Below the pieces are notes generated by a model. That model ran no database searches, was not told the origin of the DNA, and was given only the letters and a program-made list of their open reading frames with translations. 64,000 nucleotides of DNA from Paludibaculum sp. GTDB lineage: Bacteria; Acidobacteriota; Terriglobia; Bryobacterales; Bryobacteraceae. Shown piece after piece: positions 19,821 to 30,273 of the stretch. The position numbers and the translations under genes are program-made. The stretch's first letter is position 1; every line of letters begins with the position of its first letter. Where the stretch lies: the NCBI GenBank assembly GCA_036504135.1, contig DASXVP010000001.1, positions 26,216 through 90,215 on the forward strand, read 5' to 3'.

Positions 19821-20950
19821 CGCCAACCCGCCGTCTCAACTCGCTCGACGCCCTTCGCGGCCTCATCATGATCCTCATGGCGATGGATCACGCCAGCTAC
19901 TACATCGCCCACGTCCATCCCTTTGAGTTCTGGACCGGCCCCCTGCCCGGCTATGGAGACCCCGGCTGGTTCCTCACCCGCGAGCTCACCCACCTTTGCG
20001 CCCCCGGCTTCTTCTTCCTAATGGGAGCCGGCATGAGCCTCTTCGCCGCCGCCCGCCACGACCTCGGCTGGTCTCACTCCCGCATCACCCGCGCCCTTGT
20101 CACCCGCGGCCTCCTCCTCATCCCCGTCTTCTACTTCATCGAGGCGCCCATCTGGGTGGTGCCCTCTCTCATCCTGAAACAGCCCCTGATGGGCGGCGAC
20201 GGCGCCTTCATCGTCCTCATGGTCCTGGTCACCCTCGGCCTCTCCATGGCCGTCACCGCCCCACTCCTTCGCCTCAGCGTCCGCTCCTGGCTAGCCATCG
20301 CCTTCATCGCCATCCTCGCCGCGGATTTCTACCTGCCCACCCTCAAGCCCACGGACCCCGTCAACCCCCTGCTCCGCATCCTCCTCGTCCCCGGAGCCAC
20401 ACCCCCCGTCATGGCCGGCTACCCCCTCCTCCCCTGGTCCGGCATCTGCGCCCTCGGCATCGCCTTCGGCAAACTCCTCCAACGCAACCAGGACAAAGCC
20501 CTCCGCGCCATGCTCCCCATGGGCCTCGCCTATCTCATCGGGTTCTTAGGTGTCCGCATCGGAGGCGGCTTCGGCAACCTCCAACTCGCCGCCGGCCCCG
20601 GCCTCATCCCCTTCCTGACCGTAGTGAAGTACCCGCCCTCCCTCGCCTTCATCCTCCTCACCCTGGGCATCAACTTCACCCTGCTCTCGTTCTTCCACCG
20701 CGCCGGCGCCTGGCTCGACACCGCCCGCCGCATCCTCTCCGTCTACGGTCAGGCCCCCCTCTTCTACTACCTCGCGCACCTCTACCTCTACGGGGCCCTC
20801 GGCCTCCTCTTCTTCCGCACCGACGGCGCCCCCCGCTGGCTCTTCCTGCTGACTTGGATCGCCGGAGTGGCCGTGCTCTACCCGGCCTGCCTGCGCTACC
20901 GCCGCTTTAAGGAAAGCCGCCCACCCGAGTCGCTGTGGCGGATGTTCTGA
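19817..20950 (+). CDS. DUF1624 / heparan-alpha-glucosaminide N-acetyltransferase-like membrane protein
   Basis: 377 aa polytopic ORF with N-terminal LDALRGLIMILMAMDHA. ATGA overlap with the upstream gene. Confidence 0.7.
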   Translation: MTPTRRLNSLDALRGLIMILMAMDHASYYIAHVHPFEFWTGPLPGYGDPGWFLTRELTHLCAPGFFFLMGAGMSLFAAARHDLGWSHSRITRALVTRGLLLIPVFYFIEAPIWVVPSLILKQPLMGGDGAFIVLMVLVTLGLSMAVTAPLLRLSVRSWLAIAFIAILAADFYLPTLKPTDPVNPLLRILLVPGATPPVMAGYPLLPWSGICALGIAFGKLLQRNQDKALRAMLPMGLAYLIGFLGVRIGGGFGNLQLAAGPGLIPFLTVVKYPPSLAFILLTLGINFTLLSFFHRAGAWLDTARRILSVYGQAPLFYYLAHLYLYGALGLLFFRTDGAPRWLFLLTWIAGVAVLYPACLRYRRFKESRPPESLWRMF

Positions 20951-21008
20951 TCGCGTTCCTTCACGCTCGATCCGGGTCCGCCGGCAGTAGAGCTAAGAGA
21001 GGATCTCG

Positions 21009-21695
21009 CTAAAGATCTCTTCTCAGGTGGCCCGCGTCAGACAGCTTACTCTGAAGTGCAGCTACATCGATGCGGGGCCATTTCCGATAGATGTCAGTTA
21101 CGCGGTCTCTGCTGGTGATGATCCCGCTATCCTCGATCGCCTGCCTGAAGTCAAGGAACAGTTGGTCGGTGCGCACATACAGTGAAAGGTCCCCGTCGAC
21201 CGAGATCTTGAAGCCGAGATGCTCCGGTGGTCTTGTTCGGCCGTAGTAGTTCAGTCCACGGAACGACGCCGCGCCGGTGATATCGATGTCTATGCACTTG
21301 TCGTTAGCAAGACCCGCAATCGCGGATTGGTATTGATGAGCCTTTCCATTCCGAACCAGCTCAAACAACAGCCCCAGTAACGTGGGGTTAGGCTTGGCGC
21401 CGGGCAAAGTGAACTCACCGTTATTGTTTTTGATGGGCGGCGTCCCGAGTTCGGTGAAGTAGCGGGGGTCAATGGCTTTCAGGGCGTTAGTCAGCTCCTG
21501 CAGCTTTTCTCCGGACTTGTCCTTGAAACATACCCGGCAGGCAAATTCAAGGAGGATCATCGACATCAGGGCAAACATGAAGTTGCCGCCGCCCTCTTGG
21601 TACCCCGGCCGCGCCACAAGTGAATTCCAAGCCGACTCGAAATCGTCGACAATGTATCCGAATACCACTTCGGCAGGCTGACTCTTAATCGCCAT
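21009..21695 (-). CDS. hypothetical protein with foreign-looking composition
   Basis: Start moved to MAIKSQPAEVV (ATG at 21695) because the longer ORF overlaps vapC. Many A/T-ending codons (att, agt, gta, tta, aga, aca), unlike the neighbouring genes. I recognise no family. Confidence 0.5.
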   Translation of the reverse strand: MAIKSQPAEVVFGYIVDDFESAWNSLVARPGYQEGGGNFMFALMSMILLEFACRVCFKDKSGEKLQELTNALKAIDPRYFTELGTPPIKNNNGEFTLPGAKPNPTLLGLLFELVRNGKAHQYQSAIAGLANDKCIDIDITGAASFRGLNYYGRTRPPEHLGFKISVDGDLSLYVRTDQLFLDFRQAIEDSGIITSRDRVTDIYRKWPRIDVAALQSKLSDAGHLRRDL

Positions 21696-21805
21696 GGAAT
21701 CGATGCTATCACTCGCGATTGCCTGCGAACCAACGCTGAGCGCCCCTGCAATCGCGCATGCCCAATCACACGGCGCAGGGCTGATCGGGTCGACTACTTC
21801 ATTGC

Positions 21806-22198
21806 CTACCCCCGCACCCGCTCCACATCCGTAGCCCCGAAATCCGCCCCCTTGAACAACAACGGCTCCCCCGAACACTGTGCCAGCGCATACGCGGCGC
21901 AGTCTCCAAAGTTCAGCCCCGCCGGGTGCCGCCCCTTGCCAAACCGCCGAAACGCCCGGCGGGCCACAACCAACTGTTCCTCATCAAAGGCCACCGTCTC
22001 AATGGAGGCCCTTATCAAAAACTGATCCAGTTGCGCTCCCGCGTTCTCACCTCGTCGACTATCCAAGACCATTGCCGCCTCCAGCACCGAAACCGCTGAA
22101 ATCAATCGACGCGGCGCCTCCTCGATCAACGCCACGAACTCAGCCCTCTCGGGCTCATCCTGAAAGATCGCCACAATCGCGGAAGTGTCCAACGTCAT
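21806..22198 (-). CDS. vapC: type II toxin VapC (PIN domain)
   Basis: 130 aa ORF with MTLDTSAIVAI... and acidic PIN residues, ending ...NFGDCAAYALA. ATGA-type overlap with the antitoxin gene. Confidence 0.9.
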   Translation of the reverse strand: MTLDTSAIVAIFQDEPERAEFVALIEEAPRRLISAVSVLEAAMVLDSRRGENAGAQLDQFLIRASIETVAFDEEQLVVARRAFRRFGKGRHPAGLNFGDCAAYALAQCSGEPLLFKGADFGATDVERVRG

Positions 22199-22452
22199 CT
22201 TGTGGGAATTCCAAGCTCATCGTAACCAAGAATCTCGTCGTCAGTCATATCCGAGATCACCGGCAGCCGGGCGCAACGCAAAGCGATCTCGTTCAACTCA
22301 TCACGAAGAGCTTGCCCCCCCCGGCTCCGCCGCACCCGGTCATACCGCTCCGCCACCGCGATCCGAATGGCCACGGTAATCGTTTCCCCAGTCAACTCCG
22401 CCAACTGCCGGGTCAACTTCTCAGTCTCCTCGTTCTTGATGCTGATCGGCAT
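22195..22452 (-). CDS. vapB: type II antitoxin VapB (FitA/Rv0623-like)
   Basis: Start at MPISIKNEETEKLTRQLAELTGETIT, the typical N-terminus of this antitoxin family. It is directly upstream of vapC. Confidence 0.8.
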   Translation of the reverse strand: MPISIKNEETEKLTRQLAELTGETITVAIRIAVAERYDRVRRSRGGQALRDELNEIALRCARLPVISDMTDDEILGYDELGIPTR

Positions 22453-22455
22453 AGT

Positions 22456-22501
22456 GTTTCTACCTATCATGAATTCTATCATGATAGGTAGAAACGTTCA
22501 A
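22456..22501 (-). promoter_or_regulatory. sigma-70-like promoter with overlapping operator palindrome for vapBC
   Basis: Minus strand reads TTGAAC-17 nt-TAGAAT (22501-22473). A perfect 16-bp inverted repeat GTTTCTACCTATCATG / CATGATAGGTAGAAAC (22456-22495) fills the promoter spacer and the 5' UTR, and the -10 hexamer lies in its 8-nt centre. Confidence 0.6.
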
Positions 22502-22504
22502 TGC

Positions 22505-23290
22505 CTACTCGTACCTCAACTCACTCCCGAACGCACTGTGCGGAATCCCAAACACCACCAGCGTCACCACCGCCGCCCCCACCACCCACTGCCACGCCCC
22601 CGCATTCCGCCTCATCTTAAACCACGCAATCACCCACGCCAGCCACGCCACCGCCGTCTTGTTGTCCGTCAAATCCGTCCCAAACGGCCACCCCGTCCAA
22701 TACGCGTCAAACGCATACTTCTGCACCACCGGCCCCAGAACCAGCCCACCCACACTGAGCAGCAAAACCGTCACCAGAATCAGCCACGAATAGTTAGGCG
22801 CCGGGCCGAAGAACTCCAGCGCCGCCCGCGTCGAAAACAGCATCCCCCCAAACATGCAGATTACGTGCACAATCAGCACCGGCAACGGCACCTCACCCTT
22901 GAACCGGATCACCACCGGCGCGCCCCCCAGCGACACCCGCTCCATCTCCTGCTGCAAAACCACCCGGTACATGAGCTTCCCCGCCGGCGGTTGATGCGGC
23001 AACCGCGCCACCAGATCCCCACCCTCCCGCGCCATCGCCAAGGTCGCCCACGCGTCCTTCGTCTTGTACCGCTTCCACACCACCTGCCCCGTCACCGCCG
23101 CTTCCGTCACCGGCACGCGCACCTCCGCGTCGCCATCGCCCTGAGTCCGCGGTAGCTTGTACGCCACCTCGCCCGCCCCCAGCTTCACCCTCCCCCGCGA
23201 CGGGTACGAAGGCCCCGTCATCCGTTGATAAACAGCCGAAGCGAGCGTAATAATCAGTGCAAATATCCACAACGAAACGGGTCGGCGCAT
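22505..23290 (-). CDS. hypothetical membrane protein
   Basis: 261 aa ORF with an N-terminal TM, a soluble segment of about 120 aa and several C-terminal TM helices. Codon usage is host-like. Confidence 0.6.
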   Translation of the reverse strand: MRRPVSLWIFALIITLASAVYQRMTGPSYPSRGRVKLGAGEVAYKLPRTQGDGDAEVRVPVTEAAVTGQVVWKRYKTKDAWATLAMAREGGDLVARLPHQPPAGKLMYRVVLQQEMERVSLGGAPVVIRFKGEVPLPVLIVHVICMFGGMLFSTRAALEFFGPAPNYSWLILVTVLLLSVGGLVLGPVVQKYAFDAYWTGWPFGTDLTDNKTAVAWLAWVIAWFKMRRNAGAWQWVVGAAVVTLVVFGIPHSAFGSELRYE

Positions 23291-23297
23291 GGGGCGA

Positions 23298-23750
23298 TTA
23301 TGTCACGTCCCCTTCCCGCCATTCCACCTCGTTTTCCTCGCACCAATCTAGCGCCACCGCCCGCAACTGCTGATCCCGGAACTGGTGCCATCCATCGATC
23401 TCTCCCAACTCCTGCGCCACATCCTTGAACCGCCGGAACGGATGCGGCCGGTCCGTCGCGTCCATCAATTTGTTCCCCACGCGCCGGTCCTTCACCCCCA
23501 GTGCATACTCGCGCATCCAGTCCAACTCGTCATAGTCACTCTGATCCGGCAGCGCCAGATACCGCTCGCCCATCGCGCCGTCAATCTCCTCGCACATCTC
23601 CTCATAGTCATCCATCATCGGGCTCACCGACACCACTTCACCGCTCTCCACGTCGAGAAAGCTCCGCCCCTCATCCATATGCCACCCAATCGCATCAGCT
23701 ACATCGCGAAGTAACACTGGCTTGCCCATGGGCGATAAAATATCAGACAT
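23298..23750 (-). CDS. UPF0158-family protein
   Basis: Start at MSDILSPM. Acidic protein with RPHPFRRFKDV...W..F......A..WC motifs, recalled from UPF0158. Confidence 0.6.
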   Translation of the reverse strand: MSDILSPMGKPVLLRDVADAIGWHMDEGRSFLDVESGEVVSVSPMMDDYEEMCEEIDGAMGERYLALPDQSDYDELDWMREYALGVKDRRVGNKLMDATDRPHPFRRFKDVAQELGEIDGWHQFRDQQLRAVALDWCEENEVEWREGDVT

Positions 23751-23801
23751 TGCACCCAACCGGCACAACAAACTGAATCCGGGTATCATATTTCAGTCAT
23801 C

Positions 23802-24953
23802 ATGACCCGCCGCACCCTCCTCCTCGCCGCCCTCGCCCCCTCCCAGAGCCCGCCTATCACCCGCATCGAGGTCTTCCCCCTCGCCTACCCCGTCAGCGGC
23901 TACTTCAAATTCTTCACCAAGCCCGAGCGCCCCGCCATCTTCGTCAAGGTCACCTGCGAGGACGGCACCACCGGCTGGGGCCAGTCCGTCCCCATCCCCA
24001 CCTGGTCCTACGAGACGCTCGAATCCGCCACCCACACTCTCCGCAACTACCTCGCCCCAGTCCTCATCGGCAAAAGCCCCACCGATCTCCCCGCCGTCCA
24101 CGCCGCCATGAACAAGGCGATCGCCCCCTCGTTCTCCACCGGCATGCCCATCGCCAAGGCCGGCCTCGATCTCGCGCTCCACGACATCGCCGGAAAGCTC
24201 GCCAAACAGTCCCTGCCCGCCCTTTGGAATCGCAAACCAATCCCGCGCATCGCCCTCAGTTGGACAGTCAACGTCAAGACCATCGCCGAGGCCGAAACAA
24301 TCCTGGAAGACGGCCGCAAACAGGGCTACCGCCACTTCAACATCAAGGTCTCCCCCGATCCCAAGTTCGATCTGGAGCTCGCCAAAACCGTCCGCCGCTT
24401 CTCCCCCGATTGCTTCCTCTGGGCCGACGCCAACGGCGGCTACGATCTCGACACCGCTCTCACCGTCATCCCCGAGCTCCGCGACGCCGGTGTCAACGTC
24501 ATGGAGCAACCCGTCCCGCCCAACCACCTCACCGGCCTCATCGCCATCCGCAAACAGGGCGCCCTGCCCATCGTCCTCGACGAAGGCCTCGTCAACGTGC
24601 GCGATCTCGAAGAGTTCCACAAGCTCGGCTGCCTCGACGGCGCAGCCATGAAGCCCGCCCGCACCGCCGGCCTGCACGACGCCCGCCGCCAGGTCGAATA
24701 CCTCGAACGCAACAAGCTCATGTTCCTAGGCTCCGGCCTCACCGATCCCGACGTGGCCCTCGCCGCCGCCCTCGTTCTCTACAGCGCCTACGGCCTGAAA
24801 TACCCCGCCGCCCTCAACGGCCTCCAGTTCCTCGCCGGCTCGTTCCTGAAAACCCCCTTCACCCTCCAGGATGGAGCCATCACCGTCCCCACCGGCCACG
24901 GCCTCGGCGTCGAAGTCGACGAAACCAAAGTCAGGAATGCCTCCCATGCTTAA
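23802..24953 (+). CDS. enolase-superfamily enzyme (mandelate racemase / muconate lactonizing / dipeptide epimerase-like)
   Basis: 383 aa ORF with ...GWGQS...KVSPD...WADANGGY...MEQPV...LDEGL..., the metal-ligand pattern of this family. Confidence 0.85.
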   Translation: MTRRTLLLAALAPSQSPPITRIEVFPLAYPVSGYFKFFTKPERPAIFVKVTCEDGTTGWGQSVPIPTWSYETLESATHTLRNYLAPVLIGKSPTDLPAVHAAMNKAIAPSFSTGMPIAKAGLDLALHDIAGKLAKQSLPALWNRKPIPRIALSWTVNVKTIAEAETILEDGRKQGYRHFNIKVSPDPKFDLELAKTVRRFSPDCFLWADANGGYDLDTALTVIPELRDAGVNVMEQPVPPNHLTGLIAIRKQGALPIVLDEGLVNVRDLEEFHKLGCLDGAAMKPARTAGLHDARRQVEYLERNKLMFLGSGLTDPDVALAAALVLYSAYGLKYPAALNGLQFLAGSFLKTPFTLQDGAITVPTGHGLGVEVDETKVRNASHA

Positions 24954-25752
24954 TCTCCTCCTCGCACTCGCCCTGTTCTCCTGGACCGATCACAAAGACG
25001 GCCGCGTCGAGCTCACCGAAAACGGCAAGTCCGTCCTCACCTACAACTACGGCCCCCAGCTCAAAAACAACGCCCCGGAGGATCGCCGCGCCTGCTGCTA
25101 CATCTACCCCGCTCTCACGCCCGCCGGCGTCTCCCCCCTCGACGATTTCCCCAAGGACCACTTCCACCACCACGGCCTCTTCTGGGCGTGGCCCGTCGTC
25201 AAAACACCCGACACCCAGTACGACCTCTGGATGTACAAGGGCATCCAGCACCGTGGCGAGAAATTCACAGTCCGCGACTCCAACCTCACCGCCGAAAACG
25301 GTTGGTACGCCGGCGACACCAAGCTCGTCAAAGAGACCTTCCGCCTCACCGCCCACCCCGCCAACGGCAAGTCGCGCGAGCTCGACATCGAGCTCACCCT
25401 CGAAGCCCTCACCGTCCCCGTCACCCTGGAAGGCTCCGCCGAAAAGGGCAAGAGCTACGGCGGCCTCTCCGCCCGCTTTGCCCCCCGCACCGAGACCGCC
25501 ATCACCGCCGACACCGGCCCCGTCGCCAAAGATGAGGACCTCGTCTTCCACAAATGGGCGGAAATGCGCGCCCTCTACGACGGCAAGCCGGCCACCCTCC
25601 GCATCACGGCCGAATCTCCCACCCAGTGGTGCCTCCGCAACTACGGCTTCGTCGGCTCCTCGTGGCCCGGCCGCGATGGCTCCACCCAGTCCTTCACCCT
25701 CCAGCCTGGCAAGCCCCTGAAGCTGAAATACCGGGTTTCGCTCTCAGACTAA
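24946..25752 (+). CDS. DUF6807 (PmoA-family) protein
   Basis: ATG at 24946 follows AGGAA and overlaps the upstream stop (ATGCTTAA). Contains HHHGLFWAWP and KSYGGLSARF motifs. Confidence 0.6.
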   Translation: MLNLLLALALFSWTDHKDGRVELTENGKSVLTYNYGPQLKNNAPEDRRACCYIYPALTPAGVSPLDDFPKDHFHHHGLFWAWPVVKTPDTQYDLWMYKGIQHRGEKFTVRDSNLTAENGWYAGDTKLVKETFRLTAHPANGKSRELDIELTLEALTVPVTLEGSAEKGKSYGGLSARFAPRTETAITADTGPVAKDEDLVFHKWAEMRALYDGKPATLRITAESPTQWCLRNYGFVGSSWPGRDGSTQSFTLQPGKPLKLKYRVSLSD

Positions 25753-25981
25753 AAGCTGGTCACAGGGGTTAATTCTGCTATTTTTCAACAACATAGCCCT
25801 AAATGCTATTGACACCCCGCGCTAGACTGATCTACAGGGTGACCCAACGCTGGCCAGCTTGACCCTATCGCCGACAATAGAGCGGCAGCAGGCACTTGTG
25901 CTCGCTGCATCCATTGCGGGCCGCCGTCTTCGGATGGCGCGAATACCGGTATTTGACCCGATCAGCTCGCGTCCAAATTCG

Positions 25982-26004
25982 GGGGGAGACTAGAGACCTC
26001 CCCC
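25982..26004. terminator. hairpin in a convergent spacer (possible terminator)
   Basis: GGGGGAG-9 nt-CTCCCCC, 50 nt downstream of the ADOP gene stop. U-tracts are weak. Confidence 0.35.
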
Positions 26005-26054
26005 TGGGCGATCCTCCCCAAAAGACGCCTTCCGCGAGGCCGTAGTGCGTCTGC

Positions 26055-28754
26055 TCACTCGCAGCGCAACGTCTTCGCCGGATCCACCTTCGCCGCGCTC
26101 CGCGCCGGCAGCCACGCCGCCGCCCCAGCCACCGCCAGCATCGCCGCGCCCGCCGCCACGAAGTTCAACGGGTCTGCCGGCTCCACCCCATACAGCAGCT
26201 TCTTGACTAAGCCCGACAGCGCAAACGCCGCCGGCACCCCCACCGCCAACCCGGCGATTGCCATGATCAGGCTGTCCCGCACCACCATCCACTGCACCCC
26301 AAACTGCCCCGCGCCCAGCGCCAGCCGGATCGCAATCTCCGCCTTCCGACGCGCCACCGCATACGCCAGCAACCCATACAAACCAATCGCCGCCAGCAGC
26401 GCCGCAGTAACGCCGAAGCCCCCCACCAGGCTCGCAAACATCCGCTCCATCCCCAACGAAAGCCGGATCTGCTCCTCCTGAGACCGCAAATCCGCCACCG
26501 GCACGTTCCTATCGATCCCCGCTACCACAGCCCGCACAGCCCCGGCCAGCGAGCCCACCGGCATCGCCGATCTCACCTCAAACGTCGCCTCTCTCATCCT
26601 CGTCGGATCCTGCAGAAATGGCACATAAAACGTCGCCGGCGCCTCCCGCTTCAAGTTGTCGTACTTGGCATTCCCACACACGCCGACAATTTCAATCGGA
26701 GGTTCTGGTTTGTCCTTTCCAGGCGTGGCTGTAGTGAACTGCTTCCCGATTGCGCTCCGCCCGCCGAAGAACTCCTTCACAAACGCCTCGTTCACTACCG
26801 CCGTCCTCGGGCTGGTCGGCGTGTCCCGTTCACTGATGTCGCGCCCCTCCAACAAGCGAATTCCCATCACCGAGAGGAAGTTGCTGCCCACGTGCATCTG
26901 GTAGGCGCCGCGTTCCTTGCCCGCCACGTACTTCTCCCCCGGCAGGTAAACCGAACTATTGCTCATGCTGTTCGAAATCAGCGCGGTCGAGGAAAGCGTC
27001 ACCGCTTGCACTCCAGGAATCTCACCCAGCTTCAGGCGGATTCGCTCGTAGAGACCCGTCAGCCGAGCCTCTTCATATCCGCTGCGGGAAGCATCCACGC
27101 TGAAGATCAGCAACTGCCGCGGGTTGAACCCCGGATTCAGATTTGTCAGATTCGACAACGTCCGCATGAACAGTCCCGCGCCCGTCAGCAGCATCACACA
27201 CAGCGCCACCTGCGACATCACTAGCGCCCGGCTCAGCCGCGTGTGCCCGCCCAGACCGCGCGCGCCATTCCCGCCGTCCTTCAACGCCGGCGTCAGATCC
27301 ACGCGCGTCGCACGCAGCGCCGGCGCCAGCCCAAATAGCATCGCCGTCAGCACTGTCGCCACAGCCGTAAACAGCAGCGCCCGTCCATCCACCGTGGGCG
27401 TGATCGGCAGCGGCTCATTCCCGGCTGACAACGAAAGACACGCACGCGCCAATGGAGCCGCCAGAAACAACCCCAGCACCGCGCCCGCCGAGGCCAGCAT
27501 CAGACTCTCCGTCAGAAACTGCCGGATCAGCCGCCACCGTCCCGCTCCGATGGAGAGCCGCACCGCCACTTCCCGCCGGCGTGCCGCGCCGCGTGCCAAC
27601 AGCAGATTCGCGATATTCGCACACGCGATCAGCAACACCAGCCCCACCACCGCGCCCAGCACCAGCATCGGCGTCTCCGCCTGCATTCGCATCAGCGGGA
27701 TGCCGCCTGCGCCCTCTTCCACCACCGGCTTCCACGGCGCCTTTCCTCGTTCCCGCTTGTCCGGATACGATTGATCGATCTGCGTCATCAACGCTTCCAA
27801 CGCGGAACGTGCACTCTCCGGGCTCACTCCCGGGCGCAATCGCGCCAGCATCTGCACCCACCAGCGCTCCGCATTCGGCATCTCATAAAACTTAGGACCG
27901 AATGCCGGAATCTGCGAGATCGCCAGCACGAAATCGTTGCCGTAGCCCGGATCCAATCCCGTGAACCCGCGCGGCAGCACACCCACTACAGTCACCCGCT
28001 GCCCGTTCATCGTCACGTCGCGCCCCACGACATTCGGATCCAGGCCGAACCGCCGCTCCCAGTAAGCATGAGTGACCAACGCCACCGGCGGCGCGCCAAC
28101 GCGGTCGTCGTCGCGCGAAAGCAGCCGGCCCGCCTGCGGCGTCACGCCCAGCACAGTACTCATGTTGCCCGAAGTAAACAGTGCGCTCGCATAGTGGCTT
28201 TCGCCGCCGGCAAGCACCGTAACCTGGCCTCGCGCAAAACCCATCAGATCGTACTGGTCCTTCATCCGACCGGCTAACAACTCATACAGCGGGTACGAAA
28301 CCGAACTGTCAACTCGTATGCCGCGCATCTTCGTCGAATAGCCGGAGCGCCCCTTCATCGGCACGCGCGGATTGCCAGTCCACAGCACTAGACGCAAATC
28401 CTGGGGATCCGGCACCGGCAGCGACTTCAGCATCACCGCGTTCACCAGGCTGAAGATCGCCGTGTTCGCGCCGATCCCGATCGCCAGAGAACCCACCGCC
28501 ACCAACGTGAACAGCGGGCTCCGCCACAGCATCCGCGCCGCATACCGCACGTCCTGCCAGAATGTCTCCACGCCTTGAAACGTCCACATGTCGCGCAGAT
28601 CCTCTTTCACCCGCGCGGGATTCCCAAAGTTCCGCGTGTCCCCTTCCCGCATCGCCACATGAAACGCGATCTCGTCGGCCAGGTCTTGCTCCAACTGCCG
28701 CCGCTTCCACAGCGCCCGCCACCGCAACCGCAGGTTCGTCCACAACTCGCTCAT
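26055..28754 (-). CDS. ADOP-family duplicated orphan permease (two MacB/FtsX modules)
   Basis: Start at [32 protein letters not shown], with ATGA overlap to padR. Two FtsX modules carry [11 protein letters not shown] and [11 protein letters not shown]. Confidence 0.88.
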   Translation of the reverse strand: MSELWTNLRLRWRALWKRRQLEQDLADEIAFHVAMREGDTRNFGNPARVKEDLRDMWTFQGVETFWQDVRYAARMLWRSPLFTLVAVGSLAIGIGANTAIFSLVNAVMLKSLPVPDPQDLRLVLWTGNPRVPMKGRSGYSTKMRGIRVDSSVSYPLYELLAGRMKDQYDLMGFARGQVTVLAGGESHYASALFTSGNMSTVLGVTPQAGRLLSRDDDRVGAPPVALVTHAYWERRFGLDPNVVGRDVTMNGQRVTVVGVLPRGFTGLDPGYGNDFVLAISQIPAFGPKFYEMPNAERWWVQMLARLRPGVSPESARSALEALMTQIDQSYPDKRERGKAPWKPVVEEGAGGIPLMRMQAETPMLVLGAVVGLVLLIACANIANLLLARGAARRREVAVRLSIGAGRWRLIRQFLTESLMLASAGAVLGLFLAAPLARACLSLSAGNEPLPITPTVDGRALLFTAVATVLTAMLFGLAPALRATRVDLTPALKDGGNGARGLGGHTRLSRALVMSQVALCVMLLTGAGLFMRTLSNLTNLNPGFNPRQLLIFSVDASRSGYEEARLTGLYERIRLKLGEIPGVQAVTLSSTALISNSMSNSSVYLPGEKYVAGKERGAYQMHVGSNFLSVMGIRLLEGRDISERDTPTSPRTAVVNEAFVKEFFGGRSAIGKQFTTATPGKDKPEPPIEIVGVCGNAKYDNLKREAPATFYVPFLQDPTRMREATFEVRSAMPVGSLAGAVRAVVAGIDRNVPVADLRSQEEQIRLSLGMERMFASLVGGFGVTAALLAAIGLYGLLAYAVARRKAEIAIRLALGAGQFGVQWMVVRDSLIMAIAGLAVGVPAAFALSGLVKKLLYGVEPADPLNFVAAGAAMLAVAGAAAWLPARSAAKVDPAKTLRCE

Positions 28755-29092
28755 GACGCCTCCATCACGCGCCCCACCGCGCCGCTCATGCGCGCCCAGT
28801 TGGTGGATTCCACCGCCAGTTGTCTGCGCCCCGCCGCCGTCAGTTTGTAGAACTTCGCCCGCCGGTTGTTCGTCGAGACGCCCCACTCGCCCTCGATCCA
28901 TCCGCGCAACTCCAGCCTATGCAGCGCTGGATACAGTGCGCCCTCTTCCACCCGCAGCACGTCGCCCGAGCGCGCCAGAATATACTCCGCCACGTCGTAG
29001 CCGTGCAAAGGCCCGCGCACCAGCGCCTTCAGCACCAGCATGTCCAGCGTCCCCTGCAGTACGCCCGAGGTTGTCTCTTGCTTGCTTCCCAT
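28751..29092 (-). CDS. PadR family transcriptional regulator
   Basis: 113 aa ORF with [13 protein letters not shown]...LHGYDV...[17 protein letters not shown]. Confidence 0.92.
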   Translation of the reverse strand: MGSKQETTSGVLQGTLDMLVLKALVRGPLHGYDVAEYILARSGDVLRVEEGALYPALHRLELRGWIEGEWGVSTNNRRAKFYKLTAAGRRQLAVESTNWARMSGAVGRVMEAS

Positions 29093-29142
29093 AAAATGCT
29101 TATGGGAATCCTACACCCGCCCCGCGCCACCGGCAAGTAAAC

Positions 29143-30222
29143 TTATTTGCGGAAGTTCTTCACGCGGTGAAAGGTCAGAAAGTTGGCGTCATGCCCGCGC
29201 GGCGCGCCGCCCTCGTCATCGTCAAATGCAGTCCGCGACGCCACCACCAGATCATTCTTCTCGAACTGCCAGTCCACATACTGGAACGCGTGCTTCTCCG
29301 CATCGGGATGCGTCAACACAGTGCGCCTGATCTGCCACGTCATCAGATCCGCCGACGACATCAGCACCAGCGTATTACGCATCGACGCCGGATCCTTCGC
29401 ACCCGCCGGCGCCGGATTCGAAAGCGTCCAATACAGCTTGCTCTTCGGATCAAACCGGATGCTGAACTTCTTCGCCCCACCTGGAAAATCGATCAGCCGG
29501 TCAAACTCCAGCTTGTCGCCCCTTACGCGCACCACCGCCGCCTTCTCCACATTCGCTACGCGCAGAATGTTGACGAGCCCGCCATCGGGCGCCACCACCA
29601 CATTGCCCTCCAGCCAGTGCTGACCCGCGACAGCGTTGGCCGGATACGCTAACCGGCCGACTGGCGACCAACTCTTCGCGTCCATCAGATCCGCATCCAC
29701 CGGTGCCGAAACAACGAACGACTCGAAGAAGCCCCACTTCCCTTCCGGGTGCCATTCGAACGCCCGCCAGATCCGGCCATCCTTCACCGCCATGGGCACC
29801 GGCGCGGTGTGGCAGCCCTTGCCCTCCGCCAGATAAGCCTGCTTGCTCCACGTCTTCCCGCCATCGCCCGAGCGCCGGATCACCGGCCGCCCATATTCAT
29901 AGGAGCACCCCATCAGGTAAAGCGCGCCCTTGTGCAGGAACAGGTTCCCCCACGTCATCTCGGAAAACTCAGCCGTCTTTTCCCAGCTCTTGCCCTTGTT
30001 TTTCGAGCGAAACACGCGCGTCACCGCCGAGGTGGTCTGGGTGGAGCCCTTCCCGAACAGATCGTGCGTCGCCACGTACTCGCCCTTCGGCAGGATCACG
30101 ATGGACGGCGAGCCCACGTACTGCCGCCCCGCCGCCGTCACATGATCGATCACCACACCAGGCGGCGCCGGCGTCGCCTGCATCCACATCCGTGCCAGCA
30201 AAACCAGCATCACGCTACGCAT
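29143..30222 (-). CDS. exo-alpha-sialidase-like BNR (Asp-box) glycosidase
   Basis: Start at MRSVMLVLLARMW (signal peptide); the 625-aa track ORF is an artefactual extension. Asp-boxes SKNKGKSWE and SGDGGKTWS. Confidence 0.7.
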   Translation of the reverse strand: MRSVMLVLLARMWMQATPAPPGVVIDHVTAAGRQYVGSPSIVILPKGEYVATHDLFGKGSTQTTSAVTRVFRSKNKGKSWEKTAEFSEMTWGNLFLHKGALYLMGCSYEYGRPVIRRSGDGGKTWSKQAYLAEGKGCHTAPVPMAVKDGRIWRAFEWHPEGKWGFFESFVVSAPVDADLMDAKSWSPVGRLAYPANAVAGQHWLEGNVVVAPDGGLVNILRVANVEKAAVVRVRGDKLEFDRLIDFPGGAKKFSIRFDPKSKLYWTLSNPAPAGAKDPASMRNTLVLMSSADLMTWQIRRTVLTHPDAEKHAFQYVDWQFEKNDLVVASRTAFDDDEGGAPRGHDANFLTFHRVKNFRK

Positions 30223-30273
30223 GGCGCCTATCTTATCGAGATCCAGAGCCCCTTTGATACAATCCCCACAGCC

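Noticed and set aside
21696-21878. N-terminal 61-codon extension of the orphan ORF (track ORF 21009-21878).
   Set aside because: The extension is Gly-rich low complexity and overlaps the 3' end of vapC. The internal ATG at 21695 gives a clean gene boundary.
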